Below, in pieces: positions 37,201-52,200 of a stretch of DNA of 64,000 bases. The position numbers and the translations under genes are program-made. This DNA comes from Phoronis australis (Eukaryota > Animalia > Phoronida), in contig NMRA01000897.1 of the NCBI GenBank assembly GCA_002633005.1, forward strand, positions 34,198-98,197, given 5' to 3'. Below the pieces are notes generated by a model. The model was not told the DNA's origin, ran no database searches, and saw only the letters and a program-made list of their open reading frames with translations. Numbering within the stretch: the stretch's first letter is position 1; the number at the start of each line of letters is the position of its first letter.

Positions 37201-40200
37201 TAGTCCAAGTTTCTTAATAGGCTAGGTGCAGATTTGTTTTCCAAAAAATTACAGTAACTGCTGTGGTAGTCTTAACTTACCAAAAAGCATTTGACAGAAT
37301 TCTAATTTTTACTATAAAAGCGAGTATTTAGCCCCCATGTTTTGAAAGCAAAAATTTCGCTCAAGTCAGGGTTTCACAAGCACATAACCATAACACTTTT
37401 AGTTTTTATGTGAATGTCTTAAACTACCAACTATTGAAAGAGCATTTTATGTGAATGTCTTAAACTACCAACTATTGAAAGTGTATTTTATGTGAATGTC
37501 TTAAACTACCAACTATTGAAAGTGCATTTTATGTGAATGTCTTAAACTACCAACTATTGAAAGTGTATTTTATGTGAATGTCTTAAACTACCAACAATTG
37601 AAAGTGTATTTTATGTGAATGTCTTAAACTACCAACTATTGAAAGTGTATTTTATGTGAATGTCTTAAACTACCAACAATTGAAAGTGTATTTTTGTCCA
37701 ACCTCAGGGTTTTATTTGTAGAACTTGCATTAAGTATTTAGTCCCTATTACAAACATCACTTGAATTTAAACTTTGAATTTCGAAGTTGAACTTAACAAA
37801 GACACAAGTTCACATCAGAAACAGAACAAAAATATTGAACACAATAAAACAGCTCAACAAAACAAAAAAAGAACAGAGAGCACAGTCGTCCATGCAAGAA
37901 AGGTTTGATTGTTCATAACTCACTGCGGTCTCTGAATAGCTTATGTGTCTTCAAGCCACCAAATAAATCAGCGGCTATTTGAGACATCGGAAGATACTAA
38001 AACAATGTGCTAGATATAAAAATGACAAACTAATTGCTTTTAACATGTAATTAAGCGGCGCAGGTAAAACAAGGGTCCTACTCGCTGAACCAGATACATT
38101 TCATTAACGTGGTCATGTGGGTTCAGCCTAAAAATGCCCTTAGGCTGATGAATTGCTGTTCACTGTTAATCTATTCAGAAACTAATAAGAGCAATACAAG
38201 ACTGTTGATATACTGCGTGTAGCACAGATGACGATGCAAAAGACAGACATTTTCATAAGAGGAAGCCACTAAAGAACACCTAAAATCGGCTCTAAGGTCA
38301 AAGTTCAGTTATTCTAAGGTCACAGGCTCAGTTATTCCAAGTCAGAGAAGTCCTCTGGAAACTAAAAACATAGTTTCCAAAGTCTTAGGAACACCAATGA
38401 TTCAAAAGCAGTTAGAAAGATAAAGATGCACATACAAAATTCGGATTTGTCCTAAAATAAGCAAGTGCTGTCTTATCTTCAGTAAACACAGCTGCAAAAT
38501 TTTACAGAGAATAGTCATTAAAGTGGTTTTGCACAAAGAAGATGGGGTAAAAATACTACAGATGACAGTAATTTGCACCTACATAAAAAGTGGGGCTTCT
38601 CTTGGTTAGCACGACCAGGCGAATATTGAGTTGAACATTGCATATTACTGTACAGTTATATTGATTTGAACATTGCATATTACTGTACAGAGTTATATTG
38701 TGCTGAACATTGCATATTACTGTACACAGTTATATTGAGTTGAACATTGCATATTACTGTACAGAGTTATATTGTGCTGAACATTGCATACTACTGTACA
38801 CAGTTATATTGAGTTTAACATTGCATATTACTCTACAGAGTTATATTGTGCTGAACATTGCATACTAGTGTACAGTTATATTGAGTAAAACATAGCATAT
38901 TACTGTACAGAGTTATATTGTGCTTTACTCACTTTGCCAAATATTGTCTATTAGATAAGTGTACTTAAAAGTTCATTTTAGCAGCACTTATTGCATCATT
39001 GTGCAAAAACAAACCACTCAGGCTTTCATGATTTAGAGAAGATGCAGCCCTCAAAACAATTTAAAACAAACCTCAGGAAATTCATCACTATCCAATGAAG
39101 TGGGACGTGATGAACTCTTGACATTTCTCTCTTGGGACTGAGGAGTGAAAGGAGTACAGCAGTTGGTGGGACGGGGCTGAGAAACAAGGCACTCGTCACG
39201 GTTCTTCGACTTGGCTTGGAGAGGTTTTTGGTGGCTTTTCTCCTTACGCCAAACACAGCAAACTCTGGGCAGGTTTTCTTCATCTGCGTCCAACTCCACA
39301 GGACTGCTACTACCCATATCCATTGCTCTATAAGACAAAGCAAATGTTACAAGATGAACTGCCAACAAGCCATGTTACAATGTTGCTTAATTGTCCATGG
39401 TTGGGGAACACATCTGCTTCAACTGCTAAGATGTAAAATGGGCTGTCATTCACAAAAATACAGGCTGAAGCAATTACCCATAATGCTAGCAAAACTCTAA
39501 GGAATGACAGTGACACTATGTATTTCACAGTCACCTTGGTGTTCAATAAGGATGCCTGCTAAATTTGACCATTCTTTGGATGACTAACAAGTTTTATTCT
39601 GAGACCAGCCACAGCACACGGACACATGCAAATGTGGCAATCAACCAAACTCATATACTAGAAAGAAGTCAGCTTGGCAACGTTAACTGTTTGAATTGAA
39701 TGAGTGATTTGATCAGATAAGAGGATTGGTGCCCACTTGAAGTAAACATGCTTGATACCTGGTGTTTGATGCGTGGTTACAATTCCACTGCAACCCACTA
39801 GGTGTTTACTAAAGAGTAAATTGAAGGTTAAAGGAGACAATTACTTGCATATGCTACTGGCCAATTTCTCTCTGAAATTAATCCCCTAATTCTGTTAAAC
39901 AGTTTAGTACCCAAACCTGAATACCTTCCACATTTTGTCACTGAATAATATGACAGTTTACATATAAAGGTCCTGTTGCATCTTGTTTAATGACTAAATA
40001 ACATTTTTCTTCACTAACATTGCTTTATCACTACAGGCTTCGCTAAGTCCAGTTTCTTTACAAGCAATAATTTTCTTCATTTCTTCTGCTGTTTTGAGTT
40101 TCGTATTCTCAGACAGTCGCAATGGCCCTAAAAGTATAGGAATTTTTAATCCCATTCATGCAAGACACACAGCTACAGTTGTATTAAGAACTGTAGTGAA

Positions 40201-43200
40201 TATAGAAAATATATCAACAATACAAGGAAAGAAAATAAGATTTAACACAATAGTGGAAGGCACTTTACACATGTGAGGTTTGAGTATGACACAAGCATAA
40301 TTGTAACACAATTAAGCTCCACAATTGCTTAGCATAATGTACCAACTACTTAAAGATCTAAACCAAACTGTACTGCAGACAACACTGCTAGCTAAAATCT
40401 AGATATTATTACCTCACAATTATGTACTATAATTCAGAACCATGCTAAATAATAGTGCACATACTTTCACCTTCTAGACAGCAATGAAAATCTAGTGGTG
40501 GACAGACGTCTGTACTTCATATTCTAATTAATATATTCAAGACAAAAAACTCAATTAAGAATATGAAATTTCCGTTGCCATGCAACAACCAATTAATAAG
40601 TGATTATCATTATCAGTGATATCATGCATTAAAAGCAATAACTTAATACCCCTTCTAATAGCATCAGACTTCCTTGCATTGTTGTATAGCCCTAATCGGA
40701 TCTGAAAATGAATAATGAATTATGTAAGATTTGTCATACATCCATATTGCGTGAAAACAACTTAATATTCACTACTTGCCAATTTTTCAGTTGAATAAAA
40801 ATTGCTAATGTTGCACCACTAGAGGTAGAATTGATCAACTTCTATCCTATGTCACAGAGTACAAGGCAAATTTATTACCTGAACATGAGTGTGACCTGTA
40901 TATGCGTGCCAAAAATGCACTGTTTAATTTTTGTGCATAAAAACTCTGATGATATAAATACGAAACCCATTGTTTGTATGCAAGTCTTGGAAAAGCTAGT
41001 ATTAAAGCACCAGATACACACATCCCATAATCAGATATTCGGGATCCAAAAACAAAAATAATAAACTTCAATGCTCTAAAAGTATATGTAACAACCACAC
41101 TATATTTAATGTTTAGGCGCAAGTTTAGGAGACACCACTTACAGTCAAGCGATCACTGGTTATAGCTGTAGACAACAGGTTTCCAGTTGCCTTTGCACAC
41201 TGAAACAAACACAGTCAAGAAATGTTTAATTTACACACAGTTGTAAATGAAAACTGTTTAACAAGTAATGCCTATTTTTACAGCTTTCTGGCAATCTAAA
41301 TTATTAGCGTGGCTTACGCCTAGACGCCAACTTCAACAAGAATCTGGTGTGTCTTTTCCCACAGTGTTACACAGAGCTAAAGCACTGAAGCCAATTTTTG
41401 TTGCAGTTCCAAAGAGGACTGTATTGTGAACCGTATGAATGTATGATAGATGAACTATAAAATTGGAAACACTATCCTAAGAACAACAGAAACATCATTA
41501 ATCAGATGGGATAATCAACAGTTCTAGGTAATTTCTTTTGCAATGTTACTACAGTTGTATAATTTATATGCACATAATATTAAAGACATATTTGCATGCT
41601 CCAGTTAAACTATGCTAATGCATAGCAGGAACTAAACAACAAATGAAATGCTATTTTAACATAATATACGCTAAATAAAGTGCAGTTGTGTATTCAGAGG
41701 CAACAAAATGTGAAAACAAAAATTATGCAAATAGGTGACCTTTGCACTAATGATGTATGTAACAGGCTCACATAGCCCATATAATGCAGTGTTATTCCAC
41801 AGCACGTCAGTCCTTACTGGACACGGTTCAGTGATTTGTGGCAGATCATTTTTGCCACAAAACTCGTTCTTAAAGACATTTGGCAATTTTCAACCTGATC
41901 ATATTCACATTGTCGCTATATGTTGTGCTTCTAAATAATTATTGGCCAACCAATCACAGAGATAAGGAATCAGCGTGCAAGTTCCACTTTAAGGTCCATG
42001 TGCCCACATAAGTTATGTTGTGTTTTTCAAAGAAAAATTATTACTGTGGTGTTTTCTATGTAGGCACATGTGTCTTGGCTTCACCTACACACACATGTGG
42101 TTATTCCTTGCATGTGCGCATGTCTGGTGGTATTCATGTGTTTTATTTACTGTGAATACTTTTCATTTATTAATAGCTAGTGATAAATTGAATACATGTC
42201 AAACTACATCATTTTATGACCAGCAAGTTAAGTTTCAGTTACCGTATTTGCCGTAATAACCGCCCAGGGCACTTAGACAAGTTTGTTCAAATTACCTGAA
42301 ATCCTCCTTAAGTTTTCCAAGTGGCGCCCCTAAGATGTTTAAGTTCCCGTGGAGTCAGGATTAACGGCAGGTTTTAAGGCACTATTTCCGCTTCATTTTT
42401 GTTAAAAACTTCATGAAACGGATCTTTACGCAAACACTGTTATTCGAAACCTAAGCCCAAATAATAGCCTTCGCCACGGCATCGAATTCTTTTATAATGA
42501 ACTGAATTTAATACAGATTTTTTTAGCTAAATTTTTCATTTTGTGTGGTGCACCAAGAAATAAATGGATGCCGGACGAAGTGTCAATCGAAGAATCAAGT
42601 GTCGAATATGAACTTGGAGTTTCAATTAATCTCAAGATCGTATACAGGCCTACGTGAACTGGGAATACCCACTCAAATAATCACGCTCAAGCTACTATAA
42701 TTAGTTAACGGGTGAAATAAGTGCTTTTGGAACCAATAATTACAGAAATTTGCTACATTGAACAAAATATTCACCAGATTTCTTTAATGTGTATTTAATT
42801 ACAAGCTCACGCTTACGCGATCTTCAGATTAAGCAAAATTCACGTTCACGCATACCAAACAAGTAATAGCAGGCGTTCGGTATAAATATAGGTTGTCCTC
42901 CGTTGAAAAGGCTTGCTAATCGTCCTCAAGTTGAGTATTACCGCCGTAAAGCTTGAAATGAAGATCAGTTTGGGTGCTGGACTTATCTACCATCCCAGAT
43001 GGCTGTTACACGGTCTCAGTAAGGAAAGATTTTGCTCGAGAGGTAAGTCGTCAACGGATGTCCGAGGCGCACTTGTTACAGCAATGCTAACCATAAAGTT
43101 TTCAGAATGTTATGGTAGATTTATTTTACTGCCTAACAGTACATAATAAAGCACACCGACATTACAATATTCCTGTAGTAAAATCCTTGGTGTCTTTGAC

Positions 43201-46200
43201 TGAGTATTTTTTGCGTTATTTTACTGTTTTAGTTGTTTAGCCCTCAGGCTCGGTTTCATCCACTTGTGTCGTGGATTAATTTGAGCAAACCACAGGCGTC
43301 CTCAGCTTCTGATCGTCCCTAATACACTGGATATACATGTAATGCTATTATATGCAGTGTATTAGGGACGATCAGAAGCTGAGGGCGCCTGTGGAGCAAA
43401 CAAAGAAGCCACATTTACAAGTGTTTCTCATGTAAAAGTAAGGGGACTCAAGGTAAGGGCTGTTGAAACCAATTAAGATTCGTTGTGTCATTGTGTGATC
43501 TAAGATGTAACAGCAATCCTTGAGTAAATAATCATTTGATAATCCTCTCTTTTGCAAATTCATGTCACCTTGCAGTGTGTATAGAGACTGACAGTCTATA
43601 CAGCCTCTTGGTGCTAGTCTTGATACTCTAGCAGCCCTACACAACTAACTAGTCTTGTGGTTGTTTATGTTGACTGGCAGTCTATACATGTAACCAGTTA
43701 GTCCTACTTTTGATACTCTCTGCAAGCCTAACTGTGTAATTTTGTGGTTGTATACAGGACAAGCTGATAGTCAATACACCCTGCCAGTGGTAGTGTGGAT
43801 ATTCCCAAATTGGTGGTTTGTATTAAATAATGTTATTTGTTGTTCTTCAGGGCATTGCACCAGACAGACAAGCATGAGTGGACTGCTCCACTGACAACTG
43901 CCAGCACTTTCAACTTGCATAGCAGGGAGTTACTAGAAGGTGCTGATGAAGACAAATGAATTGAGAAGGGGTCATCTGACCATGATGCATTCAAAAGAAC
44001 CCAACATTGCTGAAGAATGCTTCGCCATCAACAGCAGGTACCTATTCTAGCTTTGGATAATGGCACATTATAGCACTCTGTAATGTTAACAGCAACAGAA
44101 AGTGTATTGTTTTTACCAAGGTATCAGCACCCAATTGCCATCTCACGTTAACATGGATTTGATTTTATGTTGCAGAACCAGAGACGTGTTTTGCTACTCT
44201 CAAGGCCTTGTGTACTGGCTTACCAGAATTCTGCTAGCTATCAAGGATCACAGCAGGCCAGTCCTGGAACATGAAGCCGGCAATGCATTTTGGCTACTGG
44301 TGTGGCCACGACTTAGTATTCAACAGGGGTTTGAAACTAAATTGTAAGTGACCATTAGCCGGGTACTGCTAAAATGAGTGACGATAATTTAGGACTCTGC
44401 TAGAAACAAAGGGGCAAACACAAAATTGAGATGAAGACGTGGGAAGGCCTTTTTTGCAATGAACAAGCCATGCCACGTCCTGTTATGTCCCCAAGGCTAC
44501 ATCAGTGCAGCTTATGACAAAAAGACCACCTGCAATGCTTACAAGAAAGTTGAATTTGATTGTTCCTTGAATGGGAGATGATTTAAATAACCAAAAATTG
44601 TGATGTATGAATTAAAAATGTCCGAGTGTGCTCCACATGTCCTGTGTGCGTGTGCATTGTGTGTTTATTTTCATCCATGCAATGTTTCCTTGTCCATACC
44701 AATGTTGCATGATATCTCAAGAACAGTGCTGTAGTGGGGCGTAGGCGCACGTAGGCACAGCCAACCACCTTTTGGCAATTGAAGGTAGCGCTTACGCACC
44801 GTACAGTGCTCAAGGTGATACGGTGGGCTTTTGGCACCTACTTACCACAAATTTTACCACTTCAGCACTGCTCAAGAAGGAAGTTTTGTTTGTATTTTGT
44901 GCTGAAGTTTAGATGACAGCCTTGTCTTTGAATTCACAGTCACATTCAGAAAATCAAGATTATACTTGGATAACATTTGCCCATGCAATTTTGTGTATTT
45001 ACAAAAAGGTGTAGGTGGCCTATCTCCAGGTGTTAGTCACATTTTGAAGGTCACAATATGCAATTACATAGCCCTGAATGCTGCATCTAACCCAGCAACC
45101 AACCAAGGAGTTACGTGTTGCCTAAGGTCACTGTAGCATTTTCATTTCATTGACCTAATAGACATGAAAATACAACAGTTATTTTTGTGTTCACAAAGGT
45201 TGAGAGAGGCTTTCATTAAGATTGGTTTCAAAATCATTACCATTTAAAATTATGAAAGCCTTGAAAACTATCACATCCTGATAGGCATAGCAGTGACACA
45301 GCTTTGAACATTGGGTGGCCTTCGGTCCTGGACGGCAGCCCCAGGTGCAGGCCTTCATCTAGGTGGCATCTAGGGTGTCCAACTACACAACCCGACATAA
45401 ATTTAGACACATTAGGTAGGTTGCCCTATTTAGCTTTTGGACGCCCAAGTAAAGTGTACCATTTTTTTACCTAACAACAGCCCTGGAAGCTAACTGTCCT
45501 GGCCGAATAAGAAAGTTAAGACATGGTGTAAGATGGGATAGACTTTATTACACACCACAGTAACATTCCACACCATAACAGCGATTTGACTTAAGGTCAT
45601 AGAAATAGTCAAGAGTCATTGGTCATAGATGCCTTCATTAATTAGAAAACTAACTCATGTTGAACGCCCTATTCTTTAAATCGTTTATGAACCACCTGCT
45701 AAATGCTAATATGTGGTGGGGAACAATTCAGCCACCCTGTGACAAATGCTGTTATTTGTATTGTTTTCTCTTCTTGAAAGGTGTGAAACTCTAATCACTT
45801 AATTAACTACATGTAGTATATTTTTATATTTTGAATAACGAAAACATGTTATCCAGTGTTTGAAACAACTTCGAAAAAGTTTCTATAACACTGAAAGAGG
45901 TGCATAATGTACTAATTGTTTGAAGAGTTTCATATGTTTCACACTCTTCATGTTTCAGGGTAAATCAATGCTGCTGCATTCATTTTCGTGTCTGGCACTG
46001 ACATTGAAACAATTGTTATTATTTCTAGGGGAGCAACTTATCTTCAACAAGAAGAGCAGGAGATGGTTGTCCATTCTGGTGAAGGCTTCTAAGAGCTATG
46101 ACGAGCTGATGATTGTGAAAACCCGGTTAAAAGACATGTCTGACATGCACTGCTTCCATGAACATAAAAGCAAAATGACTCCCGCTTGTTGTCTGACAAC

Positions 46201-49200
46201 ATTGCCGTCTTCGAATGATTGCCATCAGTAGAAGTCAATGCGTCAAAGAAGCTGCCTGACAGAGGTTATTTAAGATGATATGGCAACTGGGTGTTATTCA
46301 GTTAGTTTGTTGCAGAGGATCATCTGGTACTACAGTTTGGTTTATAGTCATGATACATCCAGTTATGCAGAAGTTAACATGTTCAGTCAGGCCATCGACC
46401 TTCAAACTCTGCCATGGGCAGTTTGTGTAGTGTCAATTTGGAAACTGTCAAGGCTTGTAATTTTCCTCTTTTAAGAGGATTTACTCTCTTTTGGTTTCGA
46501 TTTCCTCTTATTATATTTCCAATTTCCTCTTTATGTCTCTTTTTTGATCATTATTTTGACTTCTATACCAAAAATCTCTATCAAAGACCCTAGTATTAAT
46601 TTGTGGAATGATACATCACCTGTCATTGATCAGTCCAAGCCCTGAACCTTAACTTTGTGCAAACAATTTCTTTATGGAGCGTTTGGTTTACAGAAACACT
46701 TTCTACATGGTGAGTAAGATACAACTGGTAATACCAGTTTAACTTGTATTACCATTGGATAGTTTTCTTGATTCTTAATTATTTTCTCAGCCAAATGTGT
46801 AGTCAGTGGTTTGTCTTCAGGTGGGTCATAGAGAGGCGGATATTTGTATACAAGGGTCACCATAAAGCTTCTGTGTTACGTAAAATTATGTTTTTAGTGA
46901 TGTTTTACTGCTTAGGCAATTCACATTCATATTAAAACCTGCATTTAGAAATCTTGAATTTGAGAGTGATAGTGTTGAACATTACAATATATATTTTGAA
47001 TGGCTATGCTGTTGGGTTAGAGGTTGTGCTTGTAAGTAAGGTGTGTTACATGAGTACCAGATTACTCGCGATTGGTCATTGCAAAAGCTATAGAACTTTA
47101 AATCAGAAAATGTTGCAACTTCTGATTATGGGCCATGGCCAAACAACCAGGAGACTATGTCTGTTGAAAGGATATCTTGTTTTGTTAATTTTGTCCAATC
47201 ATCTTTCTGTCACCTGCTATTGCATTATTGGCGTTAATCAGGAAAGACAAAAGCAGGAATCAACTAAAAACTCGTACCCCTATCTCACAAATTAGACATT
47301 ATGTTCCTTGGTCGGTGGCCTTTCCCACAGTTGCATGCAATTTGCTAAAAGCGTTCGTCATGCTTTTACTGTTTAGCAGACTTTGAAAATTCTTTTGAAA
47401 TTTTCCTCCAAGTTTTGAGGATTTTCGATGGTTACAGAGCATTAATTTGTTGCAGAGAACTAGGTGGGAAGTCAATTTTAGTATTTTACATTATTTTGAA
47501 AAGTTAATCCATTACTGGTTTTACGAAATTGGGGCCATTGCCCTACATGACGGTAACTAATTTAAGGATGCTCTAGGTTATTGTTGCAAGCCAAAATCCA
47601 AATGGACTTTTTATACTACACTAAGAAATAAAAAGTTCACTCTGACAGTTGTGCTTTCATCTCACAAAGTAACAATTGTGCACAAGCAAGTTTCAGTGCT
47701 CAGCTACAATTGTTGTGTAGCCTGTATGTCCCAATAAAGTCTGTGAAAATTTTTGTCCAAACAAAACTGTGCAACTCTGTCCACATGTCTCCCAAGATGT
47801 CCATGTTGCCCCAAGAAAAAGTTTCTGTATGCCTGATGTCAGTTAGACGCATTCTGACCAGTCTCTGGCTTCAGTGTCATCACATTTCGTTGCAGAGGCA
47901 AGTACACCTTCTCCAGGCAAAACACTTGGAAATCCTGAAAGCATTGGTAAAATATATTATCGTGCGGTTTCGCATTACTGTAGATTTGATAAGGAACATT
48001 TGTCTCTTGTAAATGAATTATATACAACAACAACTGGTTGATTGGGGTTGACATCCTATACTGGACAATCAAAACGTATAGAATTATTTTCATTATTGCA
48101 GACTGAACTCACCAATACTTTTGTAAATTGACATTTGGTTGGTTTGGGATGGGATTTGCTACTGAGATTTGATTTGAGTTCTTGGCCAGATTTGTTTTCC
48201 TTCAAAAAGTGATTTGAATTGTGTGGCTGTATATCTGTTTAAACCAATTGAAGACTCAAAAGTAAAGTAGCTATAGGAGTCTTTGAGGTCCTGGTGACAT
48301 TAATATGAATCACCTTAAAAATGAAAAAGAGCAGACCAAAAAGTACTAAGCAATTTTGTAAAATGTTTCCCACTGATATATGTAGTCTGTAGTCAATACT
48401 AAAAACTTTGTAGTGATTAAATTTTTAGACAACGGTTTAGTGAATACTTACAGGTAATAATGAAACGCAGTTAGCAGATTGCTTCCCACAGCACACTTTT
48501 ATTTCTGGTTGGCATTTCTTGACACCTGTGACACGGGCACCATGATGGATCTTCTGATTGTGCTGGGTAATGATCCAGTGAAGTGACCTGTGGTAGCCTA
48601 AATTCTAGACGCGGGGGTCTTGCTTGGCGACATCCAACATTAGGTCTCTCAATTCCTTCTTTTATTCATGCGACTGATTCGACCCTAAAGTGAGAGTAAT
48701 TCAGTGACAACTTTCACAGTAATGAGAACAATTTTTATAACTTTTGTTTGTATTGTTGTAGGATTTATTTGCCAACAAGTACAAAGACAACCGCTGTATG
48801 ACTATCAGATTGGAAATAATCTACTGGTTTAGGATTGGGTTTTGGATTAATTCATAGGCGGATTTGGGGGGTGGATACGGGGCCTGGCCCCCCCCACCTG
48901 GCTGCCGCAAAAGAAGCAAAACGGCAAGAGCGCGAGGAAACATTGAGTCCACTAATTAATCTCGGTACTTAACATGTGGCTGTGAGGGGGGGTTGGCTCG
49001 GACCCGATCGTATCAGGGGACCTGCGTAAACGCCTTCTCATTTTTTTGTTTTTTTAGTCCACTGTTAGCTTTGTAGTACGAGGACCAGAAATTCGAGCAA
49101 CACAATTTTTCGGGCTGGGTTCTCGCATTCAATCGTAAACCACACTTGCCCAAGACAAAATGTTGCCCCCCCTTATGGTATCCTCGATCCGCCAATATAA

Positions 49201-52200
49201 TTTAGAGATGCAGCCATGGAATCGTTTCTACCCCATGTACTAGGTCCAGAGCTCTATAATTGCAAACCCATGCTGTCCCAGGGCCTGGGACAGTGTCACG
49301 CAGGAAACTTATTTTTCGTAAGCAACTGATATCGTGCACCTCCGAGTTGTACATAATCTCCCAGAAGAGGAAACGTAAACAACCAAGCTCGACGAAGTCA
49401 TGAATCACTAAGACTCGATTGCAGGTTTAAAATTGAACACAACTCACGAGGTTGTAGCCTGTATATTATGTAATATAGACAAGTACACGGATACGTCGAC
49501 TTCGAATGACTCAGGATAGCGACAGAAATAGTTGAGAGAACCGAGGTTCAGACCAAAATAATCTTGCTGTTTACGAGTAAGAATCAAGCTGTGATTTCCA
49601 AATGTTTGTACATTCTGATTTCTTGTTTAGCTGGCAAGAAGTCACAAAACACCTAACTCACCTCGACCGCTTGCTTGACATGTTTGTCTTCCGTCAGCTG
49701 ATTCGTGTGCATTATGGGTAATCTCTCCACTGGCAACCCCGCATAAATAATGAGGTTTGGCTGAAGGTCCGCACACTTTTTATAAATTTAAAAAAAGTAA
49801 TAGTAAAATAACGAGAGTATGTACATCGCTGTAATTTACGAAAAGAGTTAATTTTAGTGATATCTTTCGATTGGCAAAGCTCAATTTGTGATCTAAGCAG
49901 GCGAAAGTAAAGGAAATAGTGACTTTAAGTACAAGTCTGTGCTACATCGTGCCATCTACATGTATGATCGGCAACATGAGAAAAATGTGTGGACGAACAC
50001 GCATGTTGTTGTCATGGTGACATTTGTTTTAAAGTTCGTCTGCGCTGACTAAGCAAGCGCGTGCGTGTCACCAGAGCTCATTTGTCAGAGCAGAGACCGT
50101 CTTTTGGCCAGAACCACGCAATCTAACAAGCTACTAGAAATTTGCACAAGCAGTAGGCCTAAACCAGAGCGTGTTTCATTCAGCACTTGCCGGTCTCGTG
50201 TACTAAAAACGTTCGACATTTGTCTCGGTAAGGCCCACATTTGTCGCCGTGTGACTAGATGTGTACGTGACAATTATTTTTTGGTGTAAGGGTGTGTACG
50301 CATTCACTGTCAGTGTCATTTTGTGGGATATTTGGCTTAAAAACACAAATTATGGTTAATCAAACAATTCATCTTAAAAATAACGCAAACAAAATAGTAT
50401 TTGAAACTGTCGGAAATAAGTGCCAATATTCATTTCTTGCCGATGCTATGATACCCATTTCACGAATGGATAGTTCCCAACTAATGTCTTTGATGACAGG
50501 TTCATGTATGTAGCGCGTGCTTCCTGGCCACGTGCTTTTAACACTGGCGAAGCTTTTTATTAGTCTTCGATTCGCGGTTTTCATGTGTACAAAGAAATTT
50601 GGATTCCTGTTGAAGGTGGGAAATATCTACAAAGCAATCCCGCAGACTGAAAGGCCAGACCATTGGTCCTCGCAAGATCAGCAAAACTTTTGTGTTCATC
50701 ATGGCGGAAGTTTGAAGTGTATAGTCACGGCTAAATACCGACATAGCGGCGAGGCTCGTGGTCTACAAATTCTGCTCACAATTTTTTTCAGGACTGCCAG
50801 ATATTATTGATAAATGGATGACGTTACTGTAGAATTTTAGGACTGTAGGCGCTTATTTTTATAGCAAAGACTGAAAACGCGTGGGGGGGCGCTTATAGGG
50901 GCATGGGCGGTTATTACGGTGAATACGGTATGCAATCATTTACCCCATCTCAGTTTTACTCACGCGCCTAATCCCCAATATCGGTGCAGCTTCACATGTA
51001 AGTGTATGGACCTAAATTTGCAAATACGATAGTGATTGACAAGTTTAGATGGTATTAATTTTAACAAGCCAGGGTTCTATTACTATGAATCATCACATTA
51101 TCTGCACTCAAGCAGCACCCAAAATTTGCAATGGCCCTAAAACCCATTTGTGCTAGGCATATTCTAAGAACTCTAAATATGTTAAGATTTCATATAATAA
51201 CATGCTAACAGGACCATGTTCCAAGCTAGCAGACACATACCGATGAAATTTCCTCAGCAAGCTTGACCTGTTCCCTGAATTCATCCTCTTTCTTGGAGAG
51301 CTGAAAATGTGCAAAAATGGTCATAGATGCATGTCCACATTTCATCAATTTCCATCAACATGACTTCTCATTAAACGTCAATATAGTGTAGCACAGATTG
51401 CACATCAAAATGAACAAAAGGTGATGGCCTTAGATGGCGCCACCACATTCAGAATTAAATCAATACTACCTGGTGATATCACTTTTTTCACATAGCAATT
51501 TAATATAGAAATTGAAGTTTTTGGCAAGTCATAGAGCAGGACTGGTGTAACTCAAATACATCAATTAACATTCTGTAGCTGATGGCCAACAAAGAGCACT
51601 GAGGTCATCATAATGGTACCAAACATGCTTTTACCTTCACATCCTAACCTATGTATAACAGATTCCCCAACTACAGAAATGTGACTGTGTACCAACCATT
51701 TCCGCAACAAAAATGAGAATGGATGTTGCAAGAAAATGAAATGTGATGATGACATAACCCAAAGCAGTGCTATCTCTCATGCTTTAAGACCAGGGCTTGT
51801 TCTAGCAAAGACTGACACTAACTCAAGACAAAGACAGTTTAACGCAAGTGAGAATATCTGTCACTGGTGTAGCTGGAAAATGACAGGATGGTGGAAAAAA
51901 ATAAAATGATCCCAAGAATGAAAAACAACGTTGCAAGATGCATGAAATTCTTTCAAAATATTATTAAAGTAATGCGAAAAGAATAATCTTTTTCCACCCA
52001 ACATACTTTGGACTGCTGCCTTAGCTTTACTTTGTTTCTCTCTGACCGTGTGTGTCTTTTCTTGATTTTTTGAAAGGTATCTTCAATCTGTCCTCTGTCC
52101 TTGGGTCCAGACATGCCTGAAGGCAGAAAAGTACAACAGGCAACAATTTAGCTGTTCACAAAACTTCAGGTTTTTTGGTTTGTGAAATTACAGTGTTTAT

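Larger units (their letters stand above)
42377..49924 (+). mobile_element. Decayed Kolobok-type transposon inserted at TTAA within copy B
   Basis: TIR AGGCACTATTTCC / GGAAATAGTGACT with TTTA/TTAA flanks; the empty site GGTTTAAGTAC is present in copy A at 15380-15390. Exon remnants at 43851-44400 (DEDK*IEKGSSDHDAF; TRILLAIKDH..R) resemble the Kolobok transposase C-terminus. Confidence 0.7.
42242..50928. mobile_element. Non-autonomous TA-flanked element (pogo/Tc2-like), copy B, intronic
   Basis: TA|CCGTATTTGCCGTAATAACCGCCC ... GGGCGGTTATTACGGTGAATACGG|TA; homologous to copy A. Confidence 0.88.
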
